A stretch of DNA of 64,000 nt from a virus, in IMG/VR virus record IMGVR_UViG_3300026118_000002, positions 13,333 through 77,332 of that record. One strand, written 5' to 3'. Shown here one piece after another: positions 54,183 to 64,000 of this stretch. Every line of letters starts with the position of its first letter. The first letter of the stretch is position 1. A program made the translations under genes and the position numbers. The notes below the pieces were generated by a model. That model worked only from the letters and a program-made list of their open reading frames with translations, did no database searches and was not told the origin of the DNA.

Positions 54183-54533
54183 TTATCGCGCGCCCTTCCG
54201 GCTATTACAGGAGCGGCATAGTGTCTGTAGATTACTCTTATCGAGTGTGCCGCCGGCGATTTCAGGGATGATATGATCGACTGTTAAATCCTCATTCGTC
54301 CCGCAATAGCAGCAGGTGTATTCATCTCTTGAGAATATTTCTATTCGGAGCGTGTGCGGTATCTTTCGTTTTGCCCTTCTCGCGGGGGCCGGTGTATCAA
54401 TCTGCTTGCGCAGACGATCTAAAAAGTGCTTTATGTCTGATGATCGGGAGCGGGCGGCAAGAAACGCGGCCCCCTCATATGACCATCCGAGCGACATGAG
54501 TAGTTCTGTTGCGTGCAGTGCCTGCTTGGTCAT
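54183..54533 (-). CDS. HNH endonuclease
   Basis: RD.YTCCYCG...LTVDHIIP...GG....NLQTLCRSCNSRKG. Confidence 0.9.
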   Translation of the reverse strand: MTKQALHATELLMSLGWSYEGAAFLAARSRSSDIKHFLDRLRKQIDTPAPARRAKRKIPHTLRIEIFSRDEYTCCYCGTNEDLTVDHIIPEIAGGTLDKSNLQTLCRSCNSRKGAR

Positions 54534-55383
54534 AGCCCCGATATCCTAATAGTCAGCTTCTGTCATCACAACCGGTCCACGCATCAGCCTATCGAAGATG
54601 TACTGATTACACAGCGCCTCAGCGTCCCACTGCCAGCGCCGACTGCCAAGATAAATCATTGTTCGCCTCGCACTCTCACCTGTGCAGCACGAGCGATCGT
54701 GTGAGCAGAGTCAATGTCCTGAGTTGCCGCAATGCGCGTTAGCGCGTCGGTCATAATATCGGTGCGGAGTAGAATCCACTGACGCTCACCAACCAGCGTC
54801 TCTATCTTCCTGATCAGTTCCTCCACCTCGTCTTCCCAGTCATACGGCGGGAAGGACCTTAGCTTTGCGCGGATTCGATCAAGGTCGGTCGTCATTAAAT
54901 CACCTAGAAGGGAATCGCGTCGTCATGTGCCTTGACGCGTGCCTGTTGCGCATCGCATATTTCAGCGCTACCACACCCGCACGGGCAAGAGGTATATCGC
55001 ATGTCCCGCAGCGCCCGAACAGGAAGCGCCGATCCGATCTCGCCGCAACCTCAGCCGCCGTATCCCACGAGCAGGCCCAGAAGCCGGGGCGTGCGCTGTG
55101 AACGCCGCAATAGTCGGCGCTCTTGTAGCCTGCGAAGCCCGCCCGTAGGCCGTCGGCGAGATAGACCGGGCCGCTTTCCACGAGGGCCTTGCGTTGCGCT
55201 TCGTCCATTATTGCGTCCTGCCTCTCTGTATCCGGTGATTCATCACAATGGCGGCAATGCCGCCGACGCCGATCGCCACAAGCAGGAAGCCCGGCAGCCG
55301 AGCGGGTGTAACGTTACCGCCTGATAGCTCGCCGGCGAATACAGCGACGGTGAAGCCGATGAATAGCAGGATACGATTTCTCA

Positions 55384-56250
55384 TCACGCCCCCTGCTCTG
55401 CGGCAGCCTCTTCGCCTGCCGCGATCTGCTGCGATGTGGCGATACTCCATGCGATCGTCGCGTCCATCGCTGCCTCGATAACGGCTGCCCATGCACGCTT
55501 GCACCAGTGCGCGAGAATGTACTCGCGCGTGATCTCCTCTGGGATTGCCGTCCGCATCGGCGTGATCTGCTTCGTCTGCGATCCGCTGCCGCGTGTCACC
55601 TCGTCGCCGGCGCAGAGCGGGATTGAGCAGGCGTAGAACGGCGGGCCGAGCGGTGGCTTACCGTCGGCGCGGCGGAAGGCATCGATCGCGTCCAGCACAT
55701 CGTACTGCCGATTCAGCGCGCCTAGCATATCGTCTGTGAGTGTGGACTTGACACTGATGGTCAGGGGCAAGTCGTAGCCTATCGCCAGTAGCTCCGCAAG
55801 GCAACCGCGCAGCTTCAGCACCGATTGCGCCCGACCGCCTTCGAGCGTACGCCAGCCGTACGCGATACCGAAGCGTTCTGGCGTGCTGCGCATCTCAATA
55901 GGTGACTGCACGCCGTCGGCGATCACGAACACATTCGCGGTCTCAATCGCCCAGTGCGTCACGAGCTTGCCACTACCGTGGCGGATCGTAATGTCTGTGA
56001 ATCCCGCGCGAGCCATCGCGTCGTCAAGGTCAGGGTCTTTGCAGCACTCAAGCATCCAGCCGACATAGATGCTGCGATTGGTCGTGGGCAATCCGGTTGC
56101 CCATTGCAACACCGCGTCGTTGACTTCGATGGGCCGTCGCGCCGGGCCGCGCGTGAACGTTGGTGGCTCGCCGTTAAAGATGCGCTCGTGGGGTGGTTCG
56201 GCGTGTGCAGCGGCGGCGCTGATTGGCGCGCGGGATGTCTGTGTGGTCAT
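55384..56250 (-). CDS. Hypothetical protein, possibly recombination or replication related
   Basis: 288 aa, AAGGA RBS, upstream of the replication genes. Confidence 0.6.
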   Translation of the reverse strand: MTTQTSRAPISAAAAHAEPPHERIFNGEPPTFTRGPARRPIEVNDAVLQWATGLPTTNRSIYVGWMLECCKDPDLDDAMARAGFTDITIRHGSGKLVTHWAIETANVFVIADGVQSPIEMRSTPERFGIAYGWRTLEGGRAQSVLKLRGCLAELLAIGYDLPLTISVKSTLTDDMLGALNRQYDVLDAIDAFRRADGKPPLGPPFYACSIPLCAGDEVTRGSGSQTKQITPMRTAIPEEITREYILAHWCKRAWAAVIEAAMDATIAWSIATSQQIAAGEEAAAEQGA

Positions 56251-59142
56251 TGCGATTCCTTTGAATCAGGCACGAACACATGCGGTGGCTCCTGCTTACC
56301 GCGTGCCTTGGCGACGGCAGTTGTAGCATTGCGTATCACGTTATTGCGATGTTGCTCCCATTCATCGTCAGGGAGATCATCGAATGTTCCGAGCTGAAGT
56401 TCGCGTAATGCTATCAGTGCCGCTAGAAGGTCTGACTCGGCAGCGCTCGTGTTAATAGCAGCACTGAATACCTTACAGATACTGCTATGAGTCCATCCTT
56501 CCCCCGTCTTCTTGACCGACGGGCAATTCATACCGCAGATCATCTCTTGTATGGTTGCGGCGTCCTTTGCTGTGAGTCGCAGCGTTATCGTTGTGTCTTC
56601 TCTACGTTGCCTCATGCTGCTTTTCCTCATGGCCGCTCGCGCGTGCTTTCCAGACCGCATCAAGCAGTGCGTCAGTGAGATCAAGAGATGTGCCGGAATA
56701 CCTCACACCGCCAGTAATCCAGTCGATACACCACAGATGATCATCCTCAGCCCAGTTCATCGTGAGACTAGAGCCCAGTTGTTGCATGCGTCCGATCAGT
56801 TCCTCAAGATCACGCACGTTAATAAGCTTCATTGTGTCTCCTCTGTCTCGCGCGACTGAGGATTCAAAATCGCGTCAAGTTCCCAAACAGCCTGTCCAAG
56901 ATCGGTGAATCCGTGATCGGCTTCGTGACGATCTCCGCCGCGCTTTTGATTGCGCTTCCATCGGCGAAAGCCATTTACAGCTAGTTGTGCCATCTCGCGC
57001 AACTGCTCATTCTCAGCTTCAAGCGCATCCCGCTCGCGCATTGCCTGCTCAGTCAGCGCGGCGATCTGCGCGAACGTCGCATTCGTCGGCACCGGGCGCG
57101 TCAGAGCGAGATCGAGGATGCGACGTAGGGTGTCGCTCATTGCGAGGACTCTTCTACTGCTGCGCCGCAGTAATACCAGAGATAGATCGTCTGTCCGTTC
57201 AGTCCAATATCTAATTCGCGATCGACCATCCCACGCTCCCGCGCTAGGTTCAGCGTACCGCGCACCGTTGTGAACGACAGTTTTGTCTTTCGTGCAATTT
57301 GATTTGCCGAGAATGTGTGCGGGTGGTTCTCTAAGAGAAACCGCATGACCTGATCGTTACAGAGCCTCATCCTCGTGTCTCCTGCTCGTCGCGTGCTTTG
57401 GCGATGATAGGGCGGGCACTATCTAGTGTGTTCGCTAGCGACACATAGGCGCAAGCCACCGGGGAATCTTGTATAATTCCGCCGACCCACGGGGACTCTC
57501 CATGGTCGATAAAGTCTATTGCAGCCTGAAGCGCGTTAAGCAGATCGGGTGCGGTGATCATCAGACGAGCGCGCGCCTCGGATTCCTCTGGCGTTGCTCC
57601 ATACCCCGCCCCGACTTCGCTTCCCTCGCACATGATCGCCGTTCGCCACTCCTGCGTTTCGTAATCAATTGCTACGTCTTCCGTCTCGCCGATCTTCCAC
57701 TCTTCCTTTGTCATCCTCGTGTCTCCTCTGTCTCGCGTGGCTGAGACGATGCAAGCGCAGCGCGGGCTACGTCATAGGCCGCCTGATAGTAGTGTCGGCT
57801 TGGTGTTTTGGGATCGTGGTTTCGCGGACTCTTTCCTAAGTAGAGAGCCACGAAATATTCACACGCATCGCGCAACTCATCCCGCTCCGCCCCGATGCGC
57901 TCGATTGTGTCAGCCGCTGCGCCGTGCCAGTATTCCAGCTCGTGTATGCGTGCCGTCGCCTTCACCAGTGCCGCTTGCGCCATCTCCACATCCCCGCGCA
58001 GCTTCGCGTTCTGCTCACTCAGCGCCTCGATCCGCAGCAGCAGCTCGCGTTTCCCGCATGCCGCACGGTCGCAGCAGACGTACGCCGCGCCGTCGTCATA
58101 GCAGTCGCCGCGCGCTCCGCAGATAGCGCAGTCGGCAGTGAATGGCTGACATAGATACAATCGACGGAATGGTCCGTCTTTTGCTGAGGCGGCACGCGCT
58201 GACAGACATAACCCGCATTCGCGAGTATGATGAGTATGCTCGATAGATACGCCTCGAATGCCGTCTCATCGTGTCGTCCTTGACTCATCGGCCACACGAC
58301 AAAGCCATCTCCCTGCGGCTCGACCGCGAAGCCGATCTCGTCATTCGTGCTGTCCTGTTCAACGAGTCCAGTGGCTTTGAGCACCGCCTCGATTTCGGCC
58401 TTCGTCATAACTGCCTCATCACAAGAAAGCCCGGTATCACCACGCCGTCGCATATCGACCCCATCGGATACTTCTCACCCACATAGCCCGCGTGCCGCAG
58501 CGTGTTGTACGCCCGCCCGATCGCAAATCGGTACTGCGCCTCGGTATGCGCGTCATCGGGCACGCAGTATACGAGGAACGTGCCGCCGTCATGCGGCGCA
58601 ACACCGAAGGCCACCGCGCGGCCCGATGCAAGCTCGTTGGCGTTCCAGGCACTGCGGAGTGTGGCTTCGATCGCGGATTGCTTCATTCCGCGCCCCGATA
58701 TCGCTGAACCGGATACGGGTTCGTCTTGCCGTACTCGGTCCGTAAGGCGGCTTCCTTGGTGCGGTTCTCGCGTTGCATGGCGGTAAATGCTGCGCTTAGT
58801 TCGGCACTACTCGACGGGCTGCCGTTCGCCCGTATCCATTCCAGCGGGTTGATGAGGCCGTTCGTTTGGGCAAAGGCCCACTCGTAGTATGCCGTGTCCC
58901 ATGCCGCGATCCGGTCGGTCAACCCCTTGCTGTACATCTGGTCAATCATTCCTAACTCCCTCTCGTGTCGGCACAACCATCGCCCGGTACCACCGCGCCG
59001 CGTCCGCGTACCGCTTCTCTTCCCACAAGAACTCCCAATTCGCCATGGCCGTCTCTGCCGTCTGCGCTCGCAGGAAGGTCAGCGCCTTCTGTGCCTGCTG
59101 CGCGTCGGTCAGCGCTTGGTCGATGATGGCGGTGGTGGTCAT
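56247..59142 (-). other. Array of small early genes, including a winged-HTH protein (57137-57370)
   Basis: ATGA-coupled ORFs; FSANQIARKTKLSFTTVRGTL. Confidence 0.55.
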
Positions 59143-59336
59143 TGCTTTCGGCTTTCCTGTCGCTCGCGAACGTATTTCTCTATCTTCCTTGGTGTTATGT
59201 CGTCACGTACGCCAAGCCGAATAGCGAGGTTGTACAGTACAGTACTTGCCGGCGTCGGGGGATTCTCGTTGCGAAGATCGTCTTGTACGCGGGCGAGTTG
59301 CCGAGCTATCTCGTTTGCTACATCTGTTGCTTTCAC
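59139..59336 (-). CDS. First gene of the leftward early operon, Cro-position small protein
   Basis: GTG start with AAAGG RBS just after the consensus promoter. Confidence 0.55.
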   Translation of the reverse strand: MKATDVANEIARQLARVQDDLRNENPPTPASTVLYNLAIRLGVRDDITPRKIEKYVRERQESRKQ

Positions 59337-59372
59337 TGCCGGTGCCTTTCGTGTATCAATTCCTATGTGAGG

Positions 59373-59447
59373 ATTATAGCACGAAAGTGTGTACTTGTCA
59401 ATACTATTACACAAAGATATTGACAAGTCTGTGAACTCGTGTATAAT
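59373..59447. promoter_or_regulatory. Back-to-back consensus promoters (genetic switch)
   Basis: Minus: TTGACA(59401)-17-TATAAT(59378). Plus: TTGACA(59420)-16-TATAAT(59442). Inverted repeat ACTTGTCAATA/TATTGACAAGT. Confidence 0.85.
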
Positions 59448-59484
59448 AGGAAGTGAATTCATGCATGACGGGAGGTGATTACGA

Positions 59485-59688
59485 ATGAAGAAATCGGAGA
59501 CATCCGCACTTGACCGCTTCCAACTCGTCATTCCAAAGGTATTGCTCGCAGAGATACGCGACCTCGCAGAGCGGGATCGGCGCAAGACGAGCAATGTTAT
59601 GGTGATGCTGTTGGAGCGGTCGCTGAGTGATTTGAAGGCGTCCGGTGCTTCGCTGGGGAGTTCGCCGGTGACTTCGTCCGTCCTGTAG
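59485..59688 (+). CDS. Arc/ribbon-helix-helix repressor
   Basis: RFQLVIP..LLAEI..LAERDRRKTSNVMVMLLE; GGAGG RBS. Confidence 0.75.
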   Translation: MKKSETSALDRFQLVIPKVLLAEIRDLAERDRRKTSNVMVMLLERSLSDLKASGASLGSSPVTSSVL

Positions 59689-59792
59689 ACAAGAAGTGAC
59701 GAAGTCACCGGCTGGCGGCGCGCTGTCAGATTGGACCCCGCCAGCGCACCACGAGAACAGTATACAATAGCTATGACAAAGAGAGGTTCATT

Positions 59793-61290
59793 ATGAAGAT
59801 CACTGTCAGGCGAGTAGCGGATTTTGGGTCTCCTGGTAAAGAAATCGATGTGGATGGCCTGCTCGCTATTGAGTTCGATTTTGGCAACGGACAGGTATTG
59901 TCGGTCGGACAGGTCGCGCTTGGCGACGGTATCGGCGTACACGCGAACGGTGCGATGAATCAGTTCGTCATCGAGCCGGTCGCGTCGAATGCCGTGCGCA
60001 TCAGCGCCAAGCGGTGAAGGAGCAAAGCAATGGCAACAACGCAAAAAGAGCGCATTATCCAGGAGTTGGTATATTCGGCATCGGGGCGTTTTTCTGCCTG
60101 TGAGACGACGGAGGATTTCCGAGATCAAACGCGGCTGTATACCGCACTGTTGACCGAGCGCATCGCAGATATTCTCGGCATGCAGTCCGAGCGTATCATC
60201 GGGGCGCTTGAGCAGTGCGCTGCGGATGGCGGCGATCGAGAGACGATTGAGTCGGCGATCTTCGCTATCCGGCAGGAATTGAAGGCGATGGGGTAAAGGA
60301 GCAAAGCAATGGCATTTCAAGTCGGTGATAAGGTGCTGGTGCATCGGGATACCTGGGATAAACTCCCGATCGCTGATCATGTCGCGCGCGTCAGTAAAAC
60401 ACAAGTGACGCTGCAAAGTGGCGGTCGCTACACACAAGACGGGCGGCATTGGGGCGCGGGCGACGACAGGACTGCTGGCTATATTCGAGAGGCGACGGAT
60501 GAGCAGATCGCAAGCGCGATCAAGGCCCGTCGCACTCATCGGTTGCGAAATGATCTGATCGGTATGATCGAGAAGAGCAACGCCTTGACGCTGGATGACC
60601 TCGAAGCCGTGGCGGCGCTGCTGGCGGCGCGCGGCGTGATCACGAATAGCCGATAGCCGATAGCCGATAGCCGATAAAGGAGCAGGACAATGGCAAATAC
60701 AGAGATGTGCAGTACATGCCGCTTCTGGCAGACGTTTACGAATAATGCAGAGGCTGGTACATGCCAAGCGCTTGGTGCGGTGTTGTGGCCGAAGAGCGGC
60801 AACATTACTTGGCGAAACAGAGGAATATCGGTGCGCGACGGTGTGGTACAGTCCGATGTTGCGATCGTCTCCGCTGGTAGATTGCCGCCCAGCGACTCCG
60901 ATATTGTTGGACGAATCGTTCTTGGTGTCGCGGGGATTCGGACAGCAGCCGACTTCGGTTGCGTCCTGCATGAGCCGCGCGATTAGCGAATGTGAGTGTG
61001 TGAAAGGCTGTGTCATGTCCAATAATCCTGAGCAGCGCCTAGAGCGCCTGAAAGCCGACTTCCCCGGTACGCTTGCGCCGTATCCGGCACTCTGCGATGC
61101 GATCCTTGCTGCGCTTCGTGAGACGGCGATGGCTGAGCGCGAGCGATGTGCTGGCGTTGCGAATGAGCACAAGAGGCTCTATTCCCCCAAGAACGCCGTT
61201 GACGACGAAACTTTTGATTACTTCACCGGCGCTGCTACATGTGCTGAGCGTATCGCCGATGCCATTCGTGCGCTCCCTGACGACGCCTAG
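59793..61290 (+). other. Rightward operon of five small hypothetical genes
   Basis: ORFs 59793-60017, 60030-60296, 60309-60656, 60690-60986, 61015-61290; repeated RBS AAGGAGCAAAGCAATGGCA. Confidence 0.65.
60646..60676 (+). repeat. 7-bp tandem repeat (ATAGCCG)x4
   Basis: Read directly from the sequence. Confidence 0.9.
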
Positions 61291-62307
61291 CGGCCCCTTG
61301 GCACCCCGCGAATACCATGTGCACGCTGACGTGCCACTTCCCGCACCGCGTACAGTGATACGCTTCCCCGCCGAGCCGCTGTGCCTCTGCGAACGCCGCT
61401 GCCGCTGTGTCGTACGCCGCTGCCGCTGTGTCGTACGCCGCTTTGGCCGCGCAGTTGTGATAGCGACGAGCGCGGGTGCGGGCGGCATCGATGCGTTTGG
61501 TGTTGCGGCTAGGCATCATGGTTCGCCTCTCGTGTGTTCCAGCAGGTAGCGTGTGCGTAGCTTGCGTGTTCGCGATCTCCGGCATAGACGACGGCTTCCA
61601 TGTCTTTTGGCTCAAATGGCCTTTGGCAAAACACACACACGCTACCTGCCAACATGTTCGCTAGCGCAAGGCGCGCGATCTGGCGGTCCTCGTCTGTGAT
61701 TGGTCGATTACTCTTCATCATCCTCATCGCTTTCGTGATCCCAGTCGTACGGCAGCATAACCTCGCACTCGCCGACGACGATGCCGTCAACCGCGTACGC
61801 CCCGCCGCAGTGCCTGCCTTCGACGCAATCGAGGCAAGGACATGTACAGACCTCGTCATCGCCCTTTGCGGGTTCGCTCCGCCCCATCACGCGCCTCCAA
61901 CGGACAGATAGTAGATATTGCGCCGTACACCGCTGTCGATGCCGACCGCTGCTCCTGCGAAGCCTTCCAGTGCTGTCTCTGCGCGCTCGGCTTCGTTCAT
62001 CAGGATCGCTGTCGGCGTGTGTCCGTAGCGCTGCTCGAAGGCGGCGATTGCGGCGGCGAGCTTGTCGGCGATGGGCTTCTTGCTCTCGTCTTGCCACGCG
62101 AAATAACTCATCGCCACACCGTCGGCTGAACATACTCTTGGACGATCTGCCACAGCGCATTCATCCCCATCGCTGCCTCAGCACGCGCTAGGAAGGTCGC
62201 TGCGCTCGTCGGCGCGTCGGACTGCCTCAGTGTCTCGGCAACGCGCGCCACGACTGCGCTGGGGGCTGCGATGCCGCGTAGGTCGCACGCGGGGCGGTCG
62301 GTGGTTG

Positions 62308-62799
62308 TCATGCCCCCAACTCCTTGCGTAGCGCCACAATCTCCTCAAGCGCCTCCTGGGGTCGATTGTGCCGTAATAGCGTCTCTACGTCCCGCAGCCG
62401 CTCCCGAATGAGCACTAACGGATCACGGGGCAGTGCCCCCGGCTCGGGGTTGCCGGGCTCGGCTTCCGTACTCTCCTCATCAAGTGGATGAGACTCGATG
62501 GGCTGTCCGTATTGCGCGCAGATGGCCTTGAGCCGCGCAATGTCTTGGCGCTCACTGCGAATGCTGTTGACGATATACGTCGGCGCATTTGCTCCGAAGT
62601 GTGCGATCTGACGCAACTGATGGGACAGGTTGGCACGATGGATGTCTATCAACTCCATCTGTTGTATCACGACGTTTAGTCGCTCTAGCTCGGTGGTGAT
62701 GCTCGGGTCGGCGTAGATGCCGAGTTGCGCGCTCTGTAGTGCTCGTGCCTGTCGTCGGCGTTTCAGTTCAGGGAGTTGCGCGATTGTCGTTGTCGTCAC
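62308..62799 (-). CDS. Protein with two tandem helical-hairpin modules resembling Chloroflexota effector-associated domains
   Basis: RRRQARALQSAQLGIYADPSITTELERL and HRANLSHQLRQIAHFGANAPTYIVNSIRSERQDIARLK. Confidence 0.55.
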   Translation of the reverse strand: MTTTTIAQLPELKRRRQARALQSAQLGIYADPSITTELERLNVVIQQMELIDIHRANLSHQLRQIAHFGANAPTYIVNSIRSERQDIARLKAICAQYGQPIESHPLDEESTEAEPGNPEPGALPRDPLVLIRERLRDVETLLRHNRPQEALEEIVALRKELGA

Positions 62800-63328
62800 T
62801 GTTTTACTTCCTCTCGTCTGTGTTCAGTCGCCATGCCGCATCGCCTCCGGCCACACTAGCGCCTCGCTTGCGCATGAACTGCACATCGGTTGTCCGTCGA
62901 TCTGGTACGTCGCCGCGCGGTCACGATGGTACATGCAATGCACGGCAGCGGTTTCGTCGGTCAGGTCACTGACGGCCTGGCTATACGCCGCGCACGGCGC
63001 AAGCGCGAAGCCGTTATGCGGCTGGCGATAGTGCGTGTGGAGCACGGTGATCGCCTGCATGTCCAAGTCGTTGTCAATAGCGCTATTGGTTCGGAGGGTC
63101 ATTGATCTTCTTCCGTTTCGCCACTACGGGCGAGCACTAAATAGCGCTCGGCATCCGCGAGGCTTGTCTCGGCATCGGCAGCCATCATAATCACAAGGTC
63201 TGGGTCTTTTTTGGCTTCTTTGCGAATCTCTTGAATAAGCCGCCGCGCTTCGCGAATCATCATAATCGTTGATCGTCGGTGATCTTCGGCCTTATCAGGC
63301 CATCGCCGCCGCTGTGCCATGGACACCT

Positions 63329-63637
63329 CTACCGTCGCTGCCGGGCGTAGTCCCGGCGCTTTGCCCGCTGCGTGAGCCACTGCGCGATCTCGCCGACGAT
63401 GATCGGCGCACCGCCAAGCATAAACGCTCGCCACACACGCCGCTCGTGATCCTGCCAGTCACCGCCAGCGATACGTCCCTGAACACCCGCTGCCCCCAGG
63501 CACAGCGCGGTGCCTGCAACAACCCCGGTCCACACCCAGTCTGGCTCATGTTTCTTGTGATCCCACAGCCACGATGCGTAGGCACTCGCAGCACTGACAA
63601 GTGCTGCGTCAACGGCGGTAATGGCGTATTCGTTCAT
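63329..63637 (-). CDS. Small membrane protein with a basic C-terminus
   Basis: Two to three hydrophobic segments; AGGAAG RBS. Confidence 0.55.
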   Translation of the reverse strand: MNEYAITAVDAALVSAASAYASWLWDHKKHEPDWVWTGVVAGTALCLGAAGVQGRIAGGDWQDHERRVWRAFMLGGAPIIVGEIAQWLTQRAKRRDYARQRR

Positions 63638-63774
63638 ACTTCCTATCGTCCTCTACGTGACCTATACGTGCCTGTAGTATCGTGGTAATCTCTAGCTAGG
63701 GTATTGAGCGCGGGAGCGGGTCATCCGGTCAAGCGTGTGTGAGAAGCCCCGCGCTGGACTAAGCACCTTACCAA

Positions 63775-63999
<225 letters not shown>

Positions 64000-64000
64000 G

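Noticed and set aside
59139-61172. 677-aa minus-strand ORF
   Set aside because: It is the shadow of well-formed plus-strand genes with RBSs and crosses the promoter region; only its last ~65 codons (from 59336) look real
61393-61442. 21-bp tandem duplication
   Set aside because: In-frame coding duplication (AAAAYDT) in a small ORF; no sign of a regulatory role
63707-63754. Third copy of the leader switch
   Set aside because: Contains CGGGTC and CATCCG but in a different order and without the terminator stem or T-tract

Overview
The whole 64 kb window reads as most of one temperate, siphovirus-like tailed phage genome in its excised form, since an intact attP has phage genes on both sides. 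1-27.4 kb (+) is the virion module: terminase, portal, scaffold, decoration protein, capsid, connectors, fibre-like genes, a glycosyltransferase-FkbM fusion, tail tube, chaperones, tape measure and tail tip/fibres. 27.5-59.3 kb (-) holds the early and accessory genes: small self-regulated cassettes, membrane proteins, a lysozyme-like lipoprotein invaded by an HNH element, an RNA ligase, attP (3' half of tRNA-Thr(CGU)) with integrase and excisionase, two DNA methyltransferases (one frameshifted), a TGT/DpdA-like protein, RuvC, RNase H, an intein-containing DnaB and a replication initiator with iterons. A divergent promoter switch with an Arc/ribbon-helix-helix repressor lies at about 59.4 kb. 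The most unusual signals are non-coding and sit inside the structural operon: two promoter-driven, non-canonical tRNA-like RNAs (4108-4185 + and 21078-20983 -, the second ending in CCA) and a duplicated leader with compensatory base changes that can fold as either terminator or antiterminator (4199-4252, 24514-24565). Also notable are a probable virion glycosylation module, an HNH element that replaced its host gene's 3' end, and a possible decoy of host conflict-system adaptor domains. A Chloroflexota host is suspected, by inference only. All calls come from motif reading and synteny; no database searches were run.
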